Of a stretch of DNA of 64,000 nucleotides, positions 11,600-25,820 are shown piece after piece. This DNA is from Isurus oxyrinchus (taxonomy: Eukaryota). The position numbers and the translations under genes were made by a program. Below the pieces are notes generated by a model, which saw only the letters and a list, made by a program, of their open reading frames with translations, made no database searches and was not told the DNA's origin. The stretch's first letter is position 1. Each line of letters begins with the position of its first letter. The DNA is taken from the NCBI GenBank assembly GCA_026770705.1, contig JANJGN010000002.1:210800001-210864000 (forward strand), in the 5' to 3' direction.

Positions 11600-14140
11600 A
11601 CATTAATATTGACCTTTATGATTAAAGGCATTGGGCTTGTTCCCAGACACTTAGCAGTCCGCCGTTTGGGAGATACATATACCGGACAGGAACTGAAATG
11701 GTGTCAGATGTGTGTGTGTTCATACTTGTACTGTGAATTGCACATGATACCACCTTGGTAAAGGCATTAGCATGTGAAGCTAACATCCACTGGAAGCATC
11801 CAGGGCAGGCTGATCATGAAGTCAATCAGCATACAATCCTGATGTAAGCCAGTGGTGATATTTTACAGCTCAGTGCTCCAACCAAAACCCTTATCTCTCA
11901 CAGCTGAACCGTGATAAGCAGCAGGAAGTATCTCCCACCAGCGCTATTTATTGTGAACATGAACTACTTAGCAGATCAGTTGCTGGTTGATTTCTTGCGG
12001 CTGTTGCTCTGATTCCATGAGTGTTTTGTTCTTTTGATAGCTCCTTCAAGTTGCAAAAGCCTATGGTGAATGGCGTGGCAGGTACCGAAGAACATTTTGC
12101 TGACTTCAAGGCTTCTGCATAAACGGGTTGCTTCCCAAAATGGGTGCACTGCTAGCCATTCCCCTCAGAATGCAATTTGACTGGGTGAACAAGCAGGGGT
12201 TACGCAGAGAGAGTTAAGATGCTGAGTGAGGGAGGTGGAGGAAGAGAAGGGTTCTTAGCTGGAGGCCATATCTGCTTGGGAACTTTAGAAGTAGAGGTAA
12301 TGTTACTGGAGTGGTAATTCAGAGGCCCGGAGACAAAAGTACAAATCTCACAATAGCAATTGGATTGTTATGAAAAGCTGCTGTCCTTATCTTTTCTATG
12401 TGACTCCAGACCCACATCAATGTGATTGATTCTTAATTGTTTTCTGAAATGGCCTAGCAAACTACTCAGTTGTATCGAGCTGCTACAGAAAAGTCCGAAA
12501 GGCTGAAAAGCCTGCTAGAAAGACTGTTCAACAGAAGCATGCAACAATCAGCACCAATTTGCACAGGGCTTTGTGCAGAGCTTAGAGCCCATCCCTTCCA
12601 GCATGAAAGTGGTTGTCAACTCTATCTGTACACTTGTGGATGCTACCATGATGAAGCTTAGACTGTTGCCATTATGACTATAGATTACAATGTTCAAGGA
12701 GGGGAGTGACAGAGAGGCTCAGTTGAGCATGAACCTGCTGTTGTCTCTTAGAAAGGCAGCATTCATCCTCCCACCCCTGTCACTCCATCAGTGCCCGTGC
12801 TGTTGCCTGTCAGCCAACCATCCCAGGCTGGCTTTGCCCATATCAAGGTAGGGCGGGGCCAAACTTTGAAGGTCAGAGATGTTTGAAGTTTTGCTTTAGG
12901 CCATCTACAGTTCTCCTCAACTACAATGTCTGCTTCATCTCCTTTTTTTGTGAAAACAGATGCTAAGTGTTTCTAATTTCTTCTTGAGATATGTGCAGTG
13001 ACAATATCTGAGCTGGTGGCATTCTCGTGAAATCAATTCAATGAAATTCAATTTTCTCTTCTTTGGTGTCCCTGCACTGCCTGGAACATTTACACCAGCT
13101 GCAGCTTATAAATCAGAAGAGATTGCAGAGTGAGGGGTAAGTGGGATTAGGAGGATTAAGTGTGAGGATAGATTTATGTTTGATGTTTTAAATCCCATGA
13201 CTGACCACAGTTTCTGCAATGGATGCTGCACTAATGATCTCCACCATAGGGGTTAGGACATGTAGGCATATCTGTCCACCTTTTGGTTAACTCCTGCTGC
13301 CTCTGGTTGTGCACCAACTTGTTGTGCAAGAGATTGGTAAGTGTGTCAGTCTGTGTCATGCAATCTGTTTGAGTGATGTGGCTGTCATGGTTGATTAGCT
13401 GGCTGTGTGCAAGTCGCTAGATGAGGGGATGAGGCTTGCAGCAGTGCCAAGTGTGTGAGAGTGAGGTGAAGAGTATGAATGTTAATCATGAGTGCTAATT
13501 GTTATAAATTGTTGTTATGAGTGATGGGATGTAGTGAATTGAGGAGTGGCTGAGACTAATCAAGCAGTTGGTAGGATATGGCATCTGAAAATGCGTTCAC
13601 TGACCTTCACAACTCTTGTGATGTCATTGAACTTCTTTCAACACTGCATCCAGCTCTGTACAAAGTCCTCCACAGCTACCTGTCCCTATTGCCTTTTGAT
13701 TCTGTGTTTTGAGGGACTGCTGTTCCCTTGTGGATACAGGGCATCCCTCGTACATTCCATCTCCTCCACCAAGACCTCCATCCAGCACCTGAAAATCTTG
13801 GAGTTCACTCCGTCACATGCCTCAGTATTTCCAAGTACAGATTCACTTCCTGCACAATTCCCAGAATCTGCTCCAGCCACAATGCACCTCCCCTTTTGAG
13901 AGGTGCAGTCTAGCTTTAAGCAGGGGAAGGTAGCTTTTAAGTAGTCCTAGGAAGTTATGATTTTTGGCTGCCTCCTGATGTATGCAGGCACTGAACCCTG
14001 CAGTTAATGCTGGCTGCATGCAGAAATTATTATAATGACCAGGCAGCACGAACACGGCATGCTGCCTGCATTTCAAGCAACGGGCACAAGTTAATCAGGC
14101 ATCACATTCCTCATTCCTGTTTTTCAGGGGTTATTCAATT
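11600..14140. mobile_element. Decayed PIF/Harbinger-type element with Myb/SANT-like ORF (minus) and probable transposase start (plus)
   Basis: Minus-strand remnant MEVLVEEMECTRDALYP...QC.KKFNDITRVVK (13600-13880) is typical of Harbinger-associated Myb/SANT proteins; possible convergent MGALLAIP.. start near 12140. Limits approximate. Confidence 0.5.
12295..12472 (+). mobile_element. Decayed tRNA-derived SINE (family of 44323-44657)
   Basis: Shares gtaatgttactgga..gtaattcagagg and gtgactccagacccac..caatgtg.ttga.tctta blocks with the 44.3-kb SINE. Confidence 0.55.
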
Positions 14141-15044
14141 TGGTTCCCTTACATTTCAGTGTACATTCAACTTCCATGGATGAACTTAGCAGAGCAGTTT
14201 CTTAATTTGGGTAATGTACAGCAGTCTGAAAGCTGATGATTTTAAACCTTCCCCTCAAATCATTTAGCTTCTTTGTTGTTTCAAAATTAATCATTTGTCT
14301 GCATTGGGAAAAGCCCTTGCTCGATGAAATCACATTTAAACAGTTCCAAAACCTTTCCAGATGAGCTGAATTCATCCTCTTAACATTTTACTAAAGGTAA
14401 GCCACTACCAAAGTTCAGTTGTTGTTGAACCTCCACCGCCTGCCACCACCCCATCCTGCCACGCACGGTCCTGGTTTAGCCATAAATCTCTAAATAATCT
14501 AATGGAGAACCCATATCCTACCAGTTTGTGATCCAGTTTAACAATGCACTAACATTCTGTGCCTCTGGGGGTTCTCAGATTGCAGGATACTTCACATTCA
14601 GTGTTCATTTAAGTGGAATAAATTGTAACCGACTGTCAAATTGAGAGCTGTGACATGAAAGATCTTGGAGTCAAGTGATACTCTGATAATAATTAATGGG
14701 GAGTCTCATGCTGACTTGCCAGGAGGTGCATCCAGTACTATCAATCCTGAGAAGAAGAGACAGACCATCAGGTAAATCACACTAGTAGATTTATGTGGTA
14801 CTTATTAGTTGGGTAGCCACCAGCAAATCCTAATAACCACTTAAATGTTTAACCAAAACAAAACTTCCTTTGGCCTGTGCGACACCCTTTTTAATATTAA
14901 AATTACCTCTTTTAAAGGATTACGGATGGTGAGGTTCTTAAGATGTTTCAATATAACAAGTATTTAGCTATGAAACTGAAGCCAAAGCTCCCATTAAAAT
15001 ACCAAAGAAAAGAAGTTCAGACTTTTGAAGTACTATAAAAGAAG

Positions 15045-15590
15045 CATAGAATGGTGCTACAGAGAGAAGGCCATTGGGCCCATCATGTCTATATCAGTTC
15101 TTTGGTATTCGCTTAAACCTACTACTCCCCTGATCTTTCCCATAGCACTGTCATTTCTGTACCTTTCAAGTATTTATCCAATTCTCTTTTGAATGTTATG
15201 ATTGAATTTGCTTCCACCGCTCTTTCAGTTCATTTCAGAACCCAACAACTCATTCTGTTTTTTTTAAAATTCCTTTGTTGCCTCTAGTGCTTTTACCAAT
15301 CACCTCAAATCTGCCTCTTCTAGCTACCAGTTGAAACAGTTTCTCCTGATTTAATTTTATTAAAACCTTTCATGATTTTGAAATCCTCTATTAAATCTTT
15401 CCTTGATCTGCTCTGCTCTAAAGAGAACAACCCCACCGTCTCCAGTCTTTCCCTGCAACTGAAGTTCCTCACCCCTGGTACCATTTTACTAAATTTCCTT
15501 TGCACTCTCTCTATAAGGCCTTGACATTCCTCCTGATATGTGGTGTTCAGAACTGAACAAAATATTCAGTTGAGACCTAACAAAAAATTT
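15045..15590 (-). mobile_element. CR1 LINE 3' fragment
   Basis: Minus ORF QRKFSKMVPGVRNFSCRERLETVGLFSLEQSRSRKDLIE is the typical CR1 ORF2 C-terminus; catagaa tail. Confidence 0.8.
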
Positions 15591-15671
15591 AGCATGGTAG
15601 ACTTAAGTCAGTAGCCTGCCCATCATTTTGAAAAGTCATTAATGAGCAATTGAGCTTGTTAACAAGTCAAC

Positions 15672-16350
15672 TGTTATGATCCAGTTAGGGACCAGTAACT
15701 TTTTGTTAAAAGTAGACAAATTTTGAAATCCCAGTTATGCACTAAGAGAATAAAGCCAAAATTCCATAGCTTAAAATAAACAAAATAAACGTTACTGTAG
15801 AAAGTCAGAAAAATAAAACAATCTAAGAATTAACAGGCAAACTGTGAATGAACACATCCCTCTGCATATTAAATGGAAGATGCGACCAAGACAGATCCCA
15901 CAGATTTCGCAGCCACGTTCCCAGATGTCAGTGACCACTGTGAACTACACAAGCTTATTATAACTTTGTCTTCCCCATGAGGGATTTCAACTCTTAACTT
16001 TCAAACATCTATGCTTTTAATTCCCTCAAAAACTGCTTCAACTTGGACTCAATGACTGTTTACCTCCCGATATTTCCATCTCTCCTCCTGAGACTGTTTC
16101 ATGGGATTCACAAAGCTGCAATCCCATCTCTAATTATGAAACCCACTTCCAACTCTTTTGCAAACCACAAGTTTCACTAAGCTGATATTGCCCCTGGGTT
16201 TCTCTGAATTCCAATCACCCGGCAGCATTGCACTGTAAATGGCTCCCGGGGCTTCTTGAACCTCTAACTGCCTGGCATGAAACCAACAACCTTCCACCGC
16301 TAGCTCCCCATGGCGTCTCCGAGCCTGAACTGCCTGGAGCCTGTTAACAG
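15672..16350. mobile_element. Possible decayed/truncated LTR
   Basis: Begins TGTTATGA like the solo LTRs at 16791 and 50963; right end uncertain. Confidence 0.3.
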
Positions 16351-16790
16351 CAGCACCTTTTTGGGATGATCAGATGGCAGTAAATTACAAAATGCCTGAA
16401 AATGCACCAAATAAACTGAAACCTTCAGTTGGGTTGGGCATTATTTCTTAAATATTACTTTGAGGGATTTAGAATAGTCTGTGATTAGTTATTGTGGGGA
16501 AAATGCTAATGAATATTATTGAAATAGTCAAAGATAATGGAGTGTGTTTTGCCATGGATAGCCTGGGGATACTGCCAGAATCTGAGATGCTGACAGCAGT
16601 AAAAGCATTTTCAATTCTGCTGGTGGTGAAAGCTGTTGTTCCTGACAACTCTGATTCTTGTGCAAGTGCCAATAAAAGAAATATTGCCAAGAATCAGCCA
16701 TTCTGCTGTACCTGAATCCAATGACCAAATCTTCCATGATCATCATTATTGTGATCTGTCCCTTGATTCCAGGATGATCTCGACTTGGGG

Positions 16791-17695
16791 TGTTACGAGG
16801 CTATACCCTTTTATTTTTGAAATATGATTTTTCAGCTTTCAACTGACAGAAAATTGTGCAATTTAAACTGAGACTGCTTAAAAATGCAAGGCCACATTCC
16901 AAGGTGAAGGTGAGAAATCAACAAATCATCCTTGGGAGTGTGAAGAGAGAGACATTTCCATCGAAACTCATAACAGTCTAAGAAAGAGACATTAAAAATG
17001 CAAAGTGCTGGATATTGAAATGATGGCTGCCAAAGACAGACACACCCAAAACCTCTTGGAAATACATAATAGGTGAAGTATTTCAAGGCAAGGCTGTGAG
17101 CCACTACAGAGAAATTGTAAGTAACACAGGTGGTGTTCAGAAAGTCTTCAGCAAAGGAAACAATTTGAGGCCTGTCTTTCCGCCTCGCTCTCTTTTGGAA
17201 TAAGTGTGTTACCTGGTTTGAGAAGCAACTCTACCATAAACCCATCAAGGAACCTAGGTCTCGTAATAACTACAGCATCTTCTACATCTGCCACATCCAA
17301 GAAACCAGCTAACCTAAATTGGCCATAACGTTCAAAATCTACGCTTCAAGGACAATCAAAAGCCACCGAACTGTATATTTTTTTTTACTGAATTCTAACT
17401 CTCCTTATTTCTGATACCTGTGCATGTGGGCTTTAACAACCGTATGAGGGCTGAATGCTTAAAGTTGCGTTTTTATTAGTTTTCTTGAATTTAGTGATTA
17501 ATAAATTTGCTCTTTCTTTGACTTGAGAAAACCTTGTTTGATTGGTTCCTTATTGCTCACAGCTTAACTAGTAAAATTAATTCTGATTTGGAAAAGGCAT
17601 ATTCTTGACAAAAAGGAACTTAAACCTTTGCTATGGCCAACTGAGGAGGTTGAATAGAGGGGAGCAAGTTCATCCCTTTTCACCTGGTCATAACA
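16791..17695. mobile_element. Solo LTR (~905 bp)
   Basis: TGTTACGA...TCATAACA inverted termini, internal AATAAA; flanks tgggg/agggt only partly match as a TSD. Confidence 0.6.
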
Positions 17696-17946
17696 AGGGT
17701 CATGTGCTTTATGCCATGGCACATCATGTGACTGAACAGGTTGATTCTTAATACACAGATCTTTGGCACACGGGGAAGGATTTCCTACACAGTAATGGGT
17801 CCAGAGTGCAGGATTTGCTTCTTTTTCTTTGCCACTCTGCGTCATCAGTAAGATATTGCAACTCAAATCGTAAAGCAACTTCATACGAACAAGGTTTAGG
17901 AGGAGGCCATTCAGTCCCTCAAGCCTGCTCTCCCATTTAATAAGGT

Positions 17947-20787
17947 TGTGATGTTTGTGTTTAACATTTATGCTTTTTTGTAAAAGGACATTTTAGTTTA
18001 AAAAAAATAGGTCTTATATAAAAACCTGATGGCAGGGTGTACAAAGTACTGGATATATTGCCCTCTGATGTAGAATAAGGAATAAAAGAACCTTCTGGGT
18101 TTTTTTTTTACACCGTGCGTGTGTGCATGTGCATGCATGCATGTATTCTTAATTGTTAAGAAGTGGCAAAACACTTCAAATGACTATGAGGGTGGGACCA
18201 TCATAATTAGGGACTAGAGGCTTTTGATCCAGCTACTATGGACTTTGTAGTTTTATATAGTCAGAGTTTTACAGCATGGAAAGAGGTCCTTCAGCCCATC
18301 TCGCCAGTCATCAAGCCATTATCTACTCTAATCCCATTTTCCAACACTTGGCCCGTAGCCCTGTATGCGATGGCATTTCAAGTGCTCATCTAAATACTTC
18401 TTAAATGTTATGAAGGTTCCCGCATCTACCACCCTTTCAGGCAATGAGTTCCAGATATGCCCCATCATCTGAGTGAAAAAAAATTTCCTCAAACCCCCTC
18501 TAAATCTCCTGCTTCCTACCTTAAATCTATGTCCCCTAGTTATTGACCCCTTTGAAGGGGAAAAGTTTCTCCCCACCTACCCCATCTATGCCCCTCATAA
18601 TTTTGTACATCTCAATCAGGTCCTTCCTCAGTCTTCTCTGCTCTTAAGGAAAACAACCTTACCCTATCCGGTCTCTCTTCAACATCCTACAGCCCAGGCA
18701 ACATTCTGGTGAATCTCCTCTGCAATCACATCCCCCCTATAGTGTGGCGACCAGAACTGCACACACAAGTCCAGAAGTGGCCTAGCTAGCATTTTATACA
18801 GCTCCATCATAACCTCCCTGTTCTTGTATTCAATGCCTCGACTAATAAAGTCAAGTATCCCATATGCCTTCTTAACCATCTTATCTACCTGTCCTGCTGC
18901 CTTCAAGGATCTATGGACATGCACACCAAGGTCCCTCTGATCCTCTGTACTTCCTAGAGTCCTACCATTCACCGTGTCCCTTGCCTTGTTAGTCATCCCA
19001 AAATGCACCACCTCTCACTTTTCGGGATTAAATTCCATTTGCCACTGTTCTGTCCATCTGACCAACCCAGCTATATTGTTCTGTAGTCTAAGGCTTTCCT
19101 CTTCGCTATTTACCACACCACACAATTTTCATGTAATCTACAAACTTACTGATCATACCCCTACATTCATGTCTTGATCATTAATGTACACTACAAATAG
19201 CAAGGGACCCAGCACCAAACCCTGCGGTACACCACTGGACACAGGCTTCCAGTCACAAAAATAACCATTGACCATCACCCTCTACCTCTTTTATGTTGAG
19301 CAAATGGAACAGTTTTTCATTGCGAATGAGATTGAAGAGGAAAAGTTGACCTCAGTTTTAATTACTGAGAAATCTCATTGCTCCTGACAAGCCAGCAGAT
19401 AAAAGCTTTAAAGAGCTTGTGAAAAAGTACTTCGATCCCAAACCAGAAATTATTGCCGAGAAATTCAAGTTTCACTGAAGAGAACAGCATGAAAGTGAGT
19501 CAGTTTCCCAGTTCCTGGCCTAGTTGAGAAAATTTGCAGAATGTTGTGACATTAAAGGTTACCTGAAAGAAGTTTTGTGTAACTACTTGGTTTGTGAACT
19601 AAGAAATGAAAGAATTCAGCATAGATTGTTAGCGGAGCAAGAGTTGACATTGAAGAAAGTGTTCAAGATTGCGCAAAGCATAGAAGTGGCAGAGAAACAA
19701 GCTGGAGATTTGAAGGCACATGCTAACAATGCTGAAGTTGAAATAGTAAAGTCAGGGTACACTCGCTTCCAAACATGTCACCACTGTAATGGAATTGGGC
19801 ATAATGCAGAAACCTGTAAGCGAAAATCCACTGATTGTCGCTACTGTGGGGATAAAAAGGACACAGTGTGCATGTACATCAAAGGTTGATCACAGTAAAA
19901 CAGTACCGCCAAGAAAAGAGCATCACGAGGAGCACATGGACAAGTCACGTTTGAAAATAGAGGCGGTTTAAAAAGATGTGTTACTTGGAAACAAAATACA
20001 AAACTAATGCGAATCCAGATGAGATAGAAAGTGAAACTAACAGCAACAATGCAGAAGAACAATTGTATTGCATTCAGTCTGATCTGAAACTATATGAAGG
20101 ACTAAAAGTTGGCATTGCCTTAAATGGTTGAAATGGAGGTTGACACTGGAGCATCTGTTTCTATTGCTTCAGAGAAGATATGGGAGAAGATTTTCAAGAA
20201 ATGCCCATTGGAGAAAACTCTACATGTCTCGTGGTCACACCTGCATAAAGACCATTGATGCTCTCTGGAATGTGTTTACTACTTTTGGATTGCCGGAGCA
20301 GATTGTGTCTGACAATGGCACACTATTCACATCATGTAAATTTCAAACATTCTTGAAAACCAATAGGATCAAGCAGATTCTCATCTCACCTTAACACCCA
20401 TCCTCAAATGGTGAAGTAGAGTGCTTTGTCCATACATTCAAAATGACCATATTGAAGAGGAGGATGCAAACACATTGGAAGTTGAAGCTGAAGAACTTTT
20501 GATGATGTTTCATAACACTCCACATTCAACAACACGCGTGTCTCCTGCTGAGCTGATGTTTGGAAGACGACTGTGTACCAGAATGGATTTGTTGTGTCTA
20601 GATTTGAAAGGAAAGATTAGTTCAAGGCAACTTGATCAGAAAAGGCCACACGACACAAGTAAACCAGCTTGTGAGTTTAACCTGGATCAGTCTGTTTGGG
20701 TCCGAAATTACTGTGGGACACCAAAGTGGCTCCTTGTGTGTATGTGTGTGCGTACTCTTAACTGTTAAGAAGTGGCAAAACACTTAA
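17947..20787 (+). mobile_element. Internally deleted Ty3/Gypsy LTR retrotransposon (gag, protease, integrase fragment; RT/RNase H missing)
   Basis: 5' LTR 17947-18178 ending cacttCA; decayed PBS tgactatgagggtggga; gag (YVEQMEQFFIANEI, CHHC..GH...C knuckle); protease MEVDTGASVS (~20133) joined to integrase FGLPEQIVSDNG; 3' LTR end repeated at ~20735-20787. Confidence 0.85.
18258..19290 (-). mobile_element. 5'-truncated CR1 LINE inserted in Gypsy gag
   Basis: Minus ORFs 18679-19011 (QRDLGVHVHRSLK...VQFWSPHY) and 18328-18576 (TRGHRFKV...WNSLPE) are CR1 ORF2 C-terminus. Confidence 0.9.
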
Positions 20788-21105
20788 GAGATCATGGCTG
20801 ATCTGATAGTAACCTCAACTCTGCATCCCACCTACCCCCAATAATCTTTCACCCCTTGCTTACCAAGAATTTATCCACCTCTGCCTTCAAAATATTCAAA
20901 GACTCTGCTTCCACCACCTTTTCAAGAAGATAGTTCCAAAGACACTGAGCCTTCTAAGAGAAAAATTTTGCCTAATCTCCACTTTAAATTGGCAACCCCT
21001 TATTTTTAAGTAGTGACCCCTAGTTCTAGATTCTCCCACAAGAAACATGCTCTCCACATCCACGCTGTCACAACCCTCAGGACTTTGTATGTTTAAATCA
21101 AGTGT

Positions 21106-22960
21106 ATGTTTCATGGAAAAGTTGTTGCCATTTTGGATGATTGGTAGCAAGCTCCCACCAGTCATTAATGTCAAAGCTGCTGCACTTCAAGGAGAGCTTC
21201 TTTGAAGTGTTTTCTTTGTTTCCTCCTGGAATGTTGGTCACTTGAGAGTTGGGAAAACCACCAGGAGATATTTTTCGGCCATCTGGGCACAGTGTCCAAT
21301 CCATCAAAGTTAATTTTGCAGGAATTTTGCTTGAATGCTTGTGAAAATGATTTCAAGAAGGACACTGGTGTTTGAAGGTCCTCCCATTGAATCCAGTGGA
21401 TGCAGTGGAGGCATTGCTGTTGGAATTTCTCTAATGCTCTTTTGTGTCACTGATACAGAGTCCAGGTCTCGCTGCAGAACAGGAATGTGGTAATGGCAAT
21501 TACACTACTCTAAATGATTTTTGTTGTCTCGCAGAGATCTTTGTTGTCAAAAACTCGCTACCATAGTGTTGGATCTCTTTGTCAATGGTGGTCTTTTGAG
21601 AGAGGTCACTGCTAAGGTATTCTAGAATGTCTCCTTCAACATATATGGGAGGTGGAATATTTGGCTGAGCAGGTGTGGGTTGATATACAAGTTTTTTTTG
21701 GCAACATTCAAGGACAGGCTGAGTTTCTTGTATGCAGAATTGAAGAGATTGAGAGTGGCTTGCAAATCTTGTGTAGAGTGGGTAACATCACTGCAGTCAC
21801 CTGCAAACTGGATTATATGTGACTATGATAGTCAGTTTAGTTTTGGCACAGGTCAAAGGGTTTTCCATCTAGGCAGCATTTAATATTGATGAAATGAATG
21901 GCCTCTGTCAGGTAGATTGCAAATAATATGGGGGGTATGGGGGCTATTACACAGCCTTGCTTAATCCCAGTCCAGATTTTGAAGGCATTTGTTTCGGAAT
22001 GCAAGATCGTGATGAAGTTTTGTGATGAGACATCCAAATCGTTTGAGCGTAATCCACAGAACCTCATGATTTATGAGTCAAATGCTTTTGTCAGGTCAAT
22101 GAATGCAATGAAGAGTTCCTGGTTTTATTCTCAACACTTTTCTTGGATTTCCCAGGCAACAAAGACCATGTCAGAGGTTCTTCTGGAAGATCTAAAGCCA
22201 CACTGTGCTCTGGGAGCTTTTCCTCAATCACAGGAATTAGTGATTCAGGAGAACATGGATCAGGATTTTCCCTTTTGTGGACAAGCAGAAAATAGCTCAA
22301 TAGTTTCCACAGCATCATTATCTCCCTTCTTGAATATATTTACGGTCTGTCGCACTCCTGACAACAGGTGGGGGGAGTTCTTTACCTGCCCCCCCCACCC
22401 CACCCCACCAAAACACACAAATCTGTAGGATGAGTGCATGGAGTTTTGATGAGAGCAAAAACCCACCAGCTATGATGACCTCAGCTGGAATACCATTGGG
22501 CTTTAGGTTTTGTTGTTTTTCGCAGCTGTTCCAACAATGGTGGTTCACACATGGGTCCTACCTTAGGGTATGTGGGCTACCCTGGAGAGTATCAGCTGCC
22601 ACAGTGGAATCACAGTTGAGGAGTTGTTGAAAATGTTCTGCCGTTGACAACCGTTTGGGCCACACTTTGTCTGGCACGTTACCATAACCTCGTCACCATT
22701 GGTAGCCCTACCAGAAGCAAAGAGTTCCTGACTCTACCGCTCAAGGGATCGTCAGAATACTCAAGCGCTTCCACCACATAGATGTTGCGATCCACAGAGG
22801 GCTTCCATGATCACCTGGAAGGCAAATGCAAGTGCAGCTGCAAGATGTGCTTAAACCTACCATCTGTTCTGGAGAGAGAATCATCTGTTTTACCCAAACC
22901 AGTACTCGCTGATAAATTCAAGGGAAAGTACAAGAAGGCATATTCTATAAAAAGAGAATT
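21106..22960 (-). mobile_element. Decayed RTE-clade LINE
   Basis: Minus peptides TGIKQGCVIAP..LFAIYL and FSQLSSDQHSRRKQRKHFKEALL resemble RTE/BovB-type RT and C-terminus; interrupted by a MITE piece near 22260-22400. Confidence 0.7.
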
Positions 22961-23765
22961 TGTGGGTTCTGAAGTCTGAATGAAGGTTACCAAATTCTGA
23001 AACTATAGAGCAGGTATCTGAAAGAGAAAGATAGATTAATATTTCAGATGGAAGCTTTCAACTAATTTCAACTAATTAAAATCCATGGGGGTTGTGCCAG
23101 AGACATGGCAGGAAGACCGATAGTTGTTTTGCGGGTTATGCTCATAAGCTTCTTAACTTTGGAAACTTCGGTCTGTGAATTGGGTTATAAATGATGGAAC
23201 ATGCTTACTAAACCCAACAGGTAAGATTAAATTGACTAACCAGAAAAAGAAATTGGTGGCAATTTTCTAGACACTTTTCTCTTGCTTCATTGCCATAACT
23301 TTGACAGTAAAATGGGAGAAACCATGAGGAAATTCCTGGAGAGTGTGTAGAAATTAAAAATATAAAAGCTTTTGCATTTCATGAAATGTTTGAAGAACTT
23401 TATTCTTCATAGGGTGAGAGTGATGAAAACTGCCTTTCAGGCTCAGCAGCTCTTTTGCTGTGCCATGAATCCTGCATCTATGTCCAATCTGGGCAGCATT
23501 AATATGGAATGGGCAAACTTTACGCTATAAACCGAGCCTGAGTCAGACCACAGCACCTTATTCAACCCTGAGTTAAGATTCTGACTCCATATCCTCTATA
23601 TTTCAATGATTTCCTCCTCTCCCACATTAGCCTATCTGTTGTTGAAAACCTCAACAATGACTTTGTCACCTCTAGACTAAATATTTCAATGCCCTCTCTG
23701 TCTCCAATTTCTTTCACCCATCAGTTCATCCAGAACATTGCTGCCTGCATTCCTATCTCATGCCA

Positions 23766-24720
23766 GGGCCTAGATTTTCATCTTCCCGATTTTCACAATA
23801 TCGCAATCCCGCCTCCTTCCTGGCAGAGCTAGCTTGTGCTATTTTCAAAGTGGGGTGGCAGGGCTGGGCTGGAGTTGGGGCCACTGCCTTCAGAAGCAGG
23901 TCTGAGGTGGGAATGGAGGCAGGTAGATGCTGAGTTGGGCAGGTTAGAGGACCTGCCTCCATTCACTGGAACATCAGCCCAGTTCTGTAAATGTGTTAGG
24001 CACCCTAGCCCTCACCACCGTCCCCCAGTCATATCTCAATGCCCCCTACATACCGACATGCCCATTCACCCAGTATCCACAAAGGACAGAACTCATGAGA
24101 TCATAATAACATTGGGAATTCTTTGAGTTGCTGATGAAACTGTTAAAATAAATAAACACCCATTCAAAAACCCTTCATAAAGCGTTAATCCTCTTAGGAG
24201 CTCATAAAACTCGTCAATCAAAACAAGCCATTCAAACTCCACTTGGGAAAAAAACTTACTGTTGAGTGGCCACAAAGCTGTCAAAATAAATACACTCCTT
24301 CAAAAAATCTTTAAACCTATTAACTGCTTAGAACTGACAATCAAAACAAAGCTCACCATCCTCCTGACAGCTGTGTCAACAACTGTTAATGAGCTAAATC
24401 CATTAGTGTGTTTGAATCCCAGCCAACCATTCATAATGAGATTCCATTGCAAAGCTATATAAACAATTACTGTTGAGCTATATCCATTAATGGGTTGGTA
24501 CTCAGTCAAGCATTCATAATGAGATTCCATTGCACAGTTGTGCCTACAGCCCTGAATATATCAAAACCTTGATGTCTTTTAAAGACATTTGCCACCAGTT
24601 CAACTTTTGAAGCAGAGAACAGATAGTCATCTGTTCCACTGCTTCAATGGCTTTAACAAATGGTTGGACTGTCAATCAAAGAAATGATTAAAATCTGTAG
24701 GAGATTGGCGGATGAAATTT
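23766..24720. mobile_element. Harbinger/Tourist-like non-autonomous element
   Basis: Starts gggcctagattttcatc and ends gatgaaattt, the GGGCnnGATTTT terminal pattern repeated across the window. Confidence 0.45.
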
Positions 24721-25788
24721 TAATCTCAGTGCTGCTAAATGAGAAAGAGCATGTTATCCACTGGATAAAGTACTCTCTTGTATATGAATGCTTTCATTAT
24801 GCTGGTCAGTGAAGTGGTCAGATGCCTTTTCTAAACAAAGCTTTATCTTTAATCACTACATTCGAAATATATTTGGCATATCACATTATGACATGTACAG
24901 TTGTCAGCACTTTTTGAACTATCTGTCAGAGGTTCCTGACTCTAGATTAGACTTCCACCATCTCGCTGATGCCTCCTCTGAGGTGCCATGAACCATATTT
25001 CCTGCCAAAATGGGTCCGTCTCCATGGAAATAGCGGGGGGCCTAAAATGCCAATGGACACGAGAGTAGGTAAGTGTGGTTTGCTGCGCGTGGCCTTACTG
25101 CCCACACTCATATCCCAGCGCCATGAAAATCCCACACAATGGGAATGGGGTGGGTATCACAGAATCGGGCCCCACCCGCTATTTTTTAAATCCTGCCCAC
25201 TATCTTTCCAACATGCACAGAGACATGAAAATCCGGCCCCAGGTCTCACTTGCCTATCCCCTCAGTTCTCACTGGCATCAAGTGGCTCCTAGTCCTCCCA
25301 TGCCACAAATGCTCTTCCTTATCTTTGAATCCCTCCATGACCTTGCCCTCTTTACTTTAACTCCAAATAATGGACAGGGTTGTGTCAGGTGGGAGACTAA
25401 TTTTAAAAATCTGAAACCGACCACAACCCAGCTTCGATCCGCGCAGGTCTGATGTTAATGCAGGTGGGATGGGTGGACAGCCAATCCACTCCCAGGCTTG
25501 GCAATTTAAATATTATAATGAGACTGCATGCCTCATTTTCATGCAGCCTTTTAAATATAGCTCCGGATGGGTGGGTTTCTCTTGCTTTGGGAAACCTGGC
25601 AGATCTGGGGTGGTGAGGGCTGTGCCAATCCCCCACAAACAGACACACATCCTCACCCTTACAATCTCCCTCACCATATCTTCTCCTCCCACAGCCCCCA
25701 TAAGCTTCCGATCTCTATCTCTCCCCTCCATTCCCCAAGGCCTCTTCGAGGATTCTAATCCTCCCCCTGCCACCGGCACCAACCCCCC

Positions 25789-25820
25789 CACCACCCCCCC
25801 CCCCCCCCCCCCCCCCCCCC
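25789..25820. repeat. Poly-C tract within GC-rich MITE-like sequence
   Basis: Run of about 30 nt, almost all C. Confidence 0.9.

Larger units (their letters stand above)
17880..21105 (-). mobile_element. CR1 3'-end fragment split by the Gypsy insertion (pieces 17880-17946 and 20788-21105)
   Basis: The CR1 tail seen at 47450-47530 (ccattcaataagatcatggctgatctg) is cut at aaggt / gagat; minus ORF 20896-21174 contains VGESRTRGHYLKIRG. Confidence 0.8.

Noticed and set aside
21928-22428. 166-aa plus-strand ORF
   Set aside because: Antisense to the RTE remnant and running into a MITE fragment.
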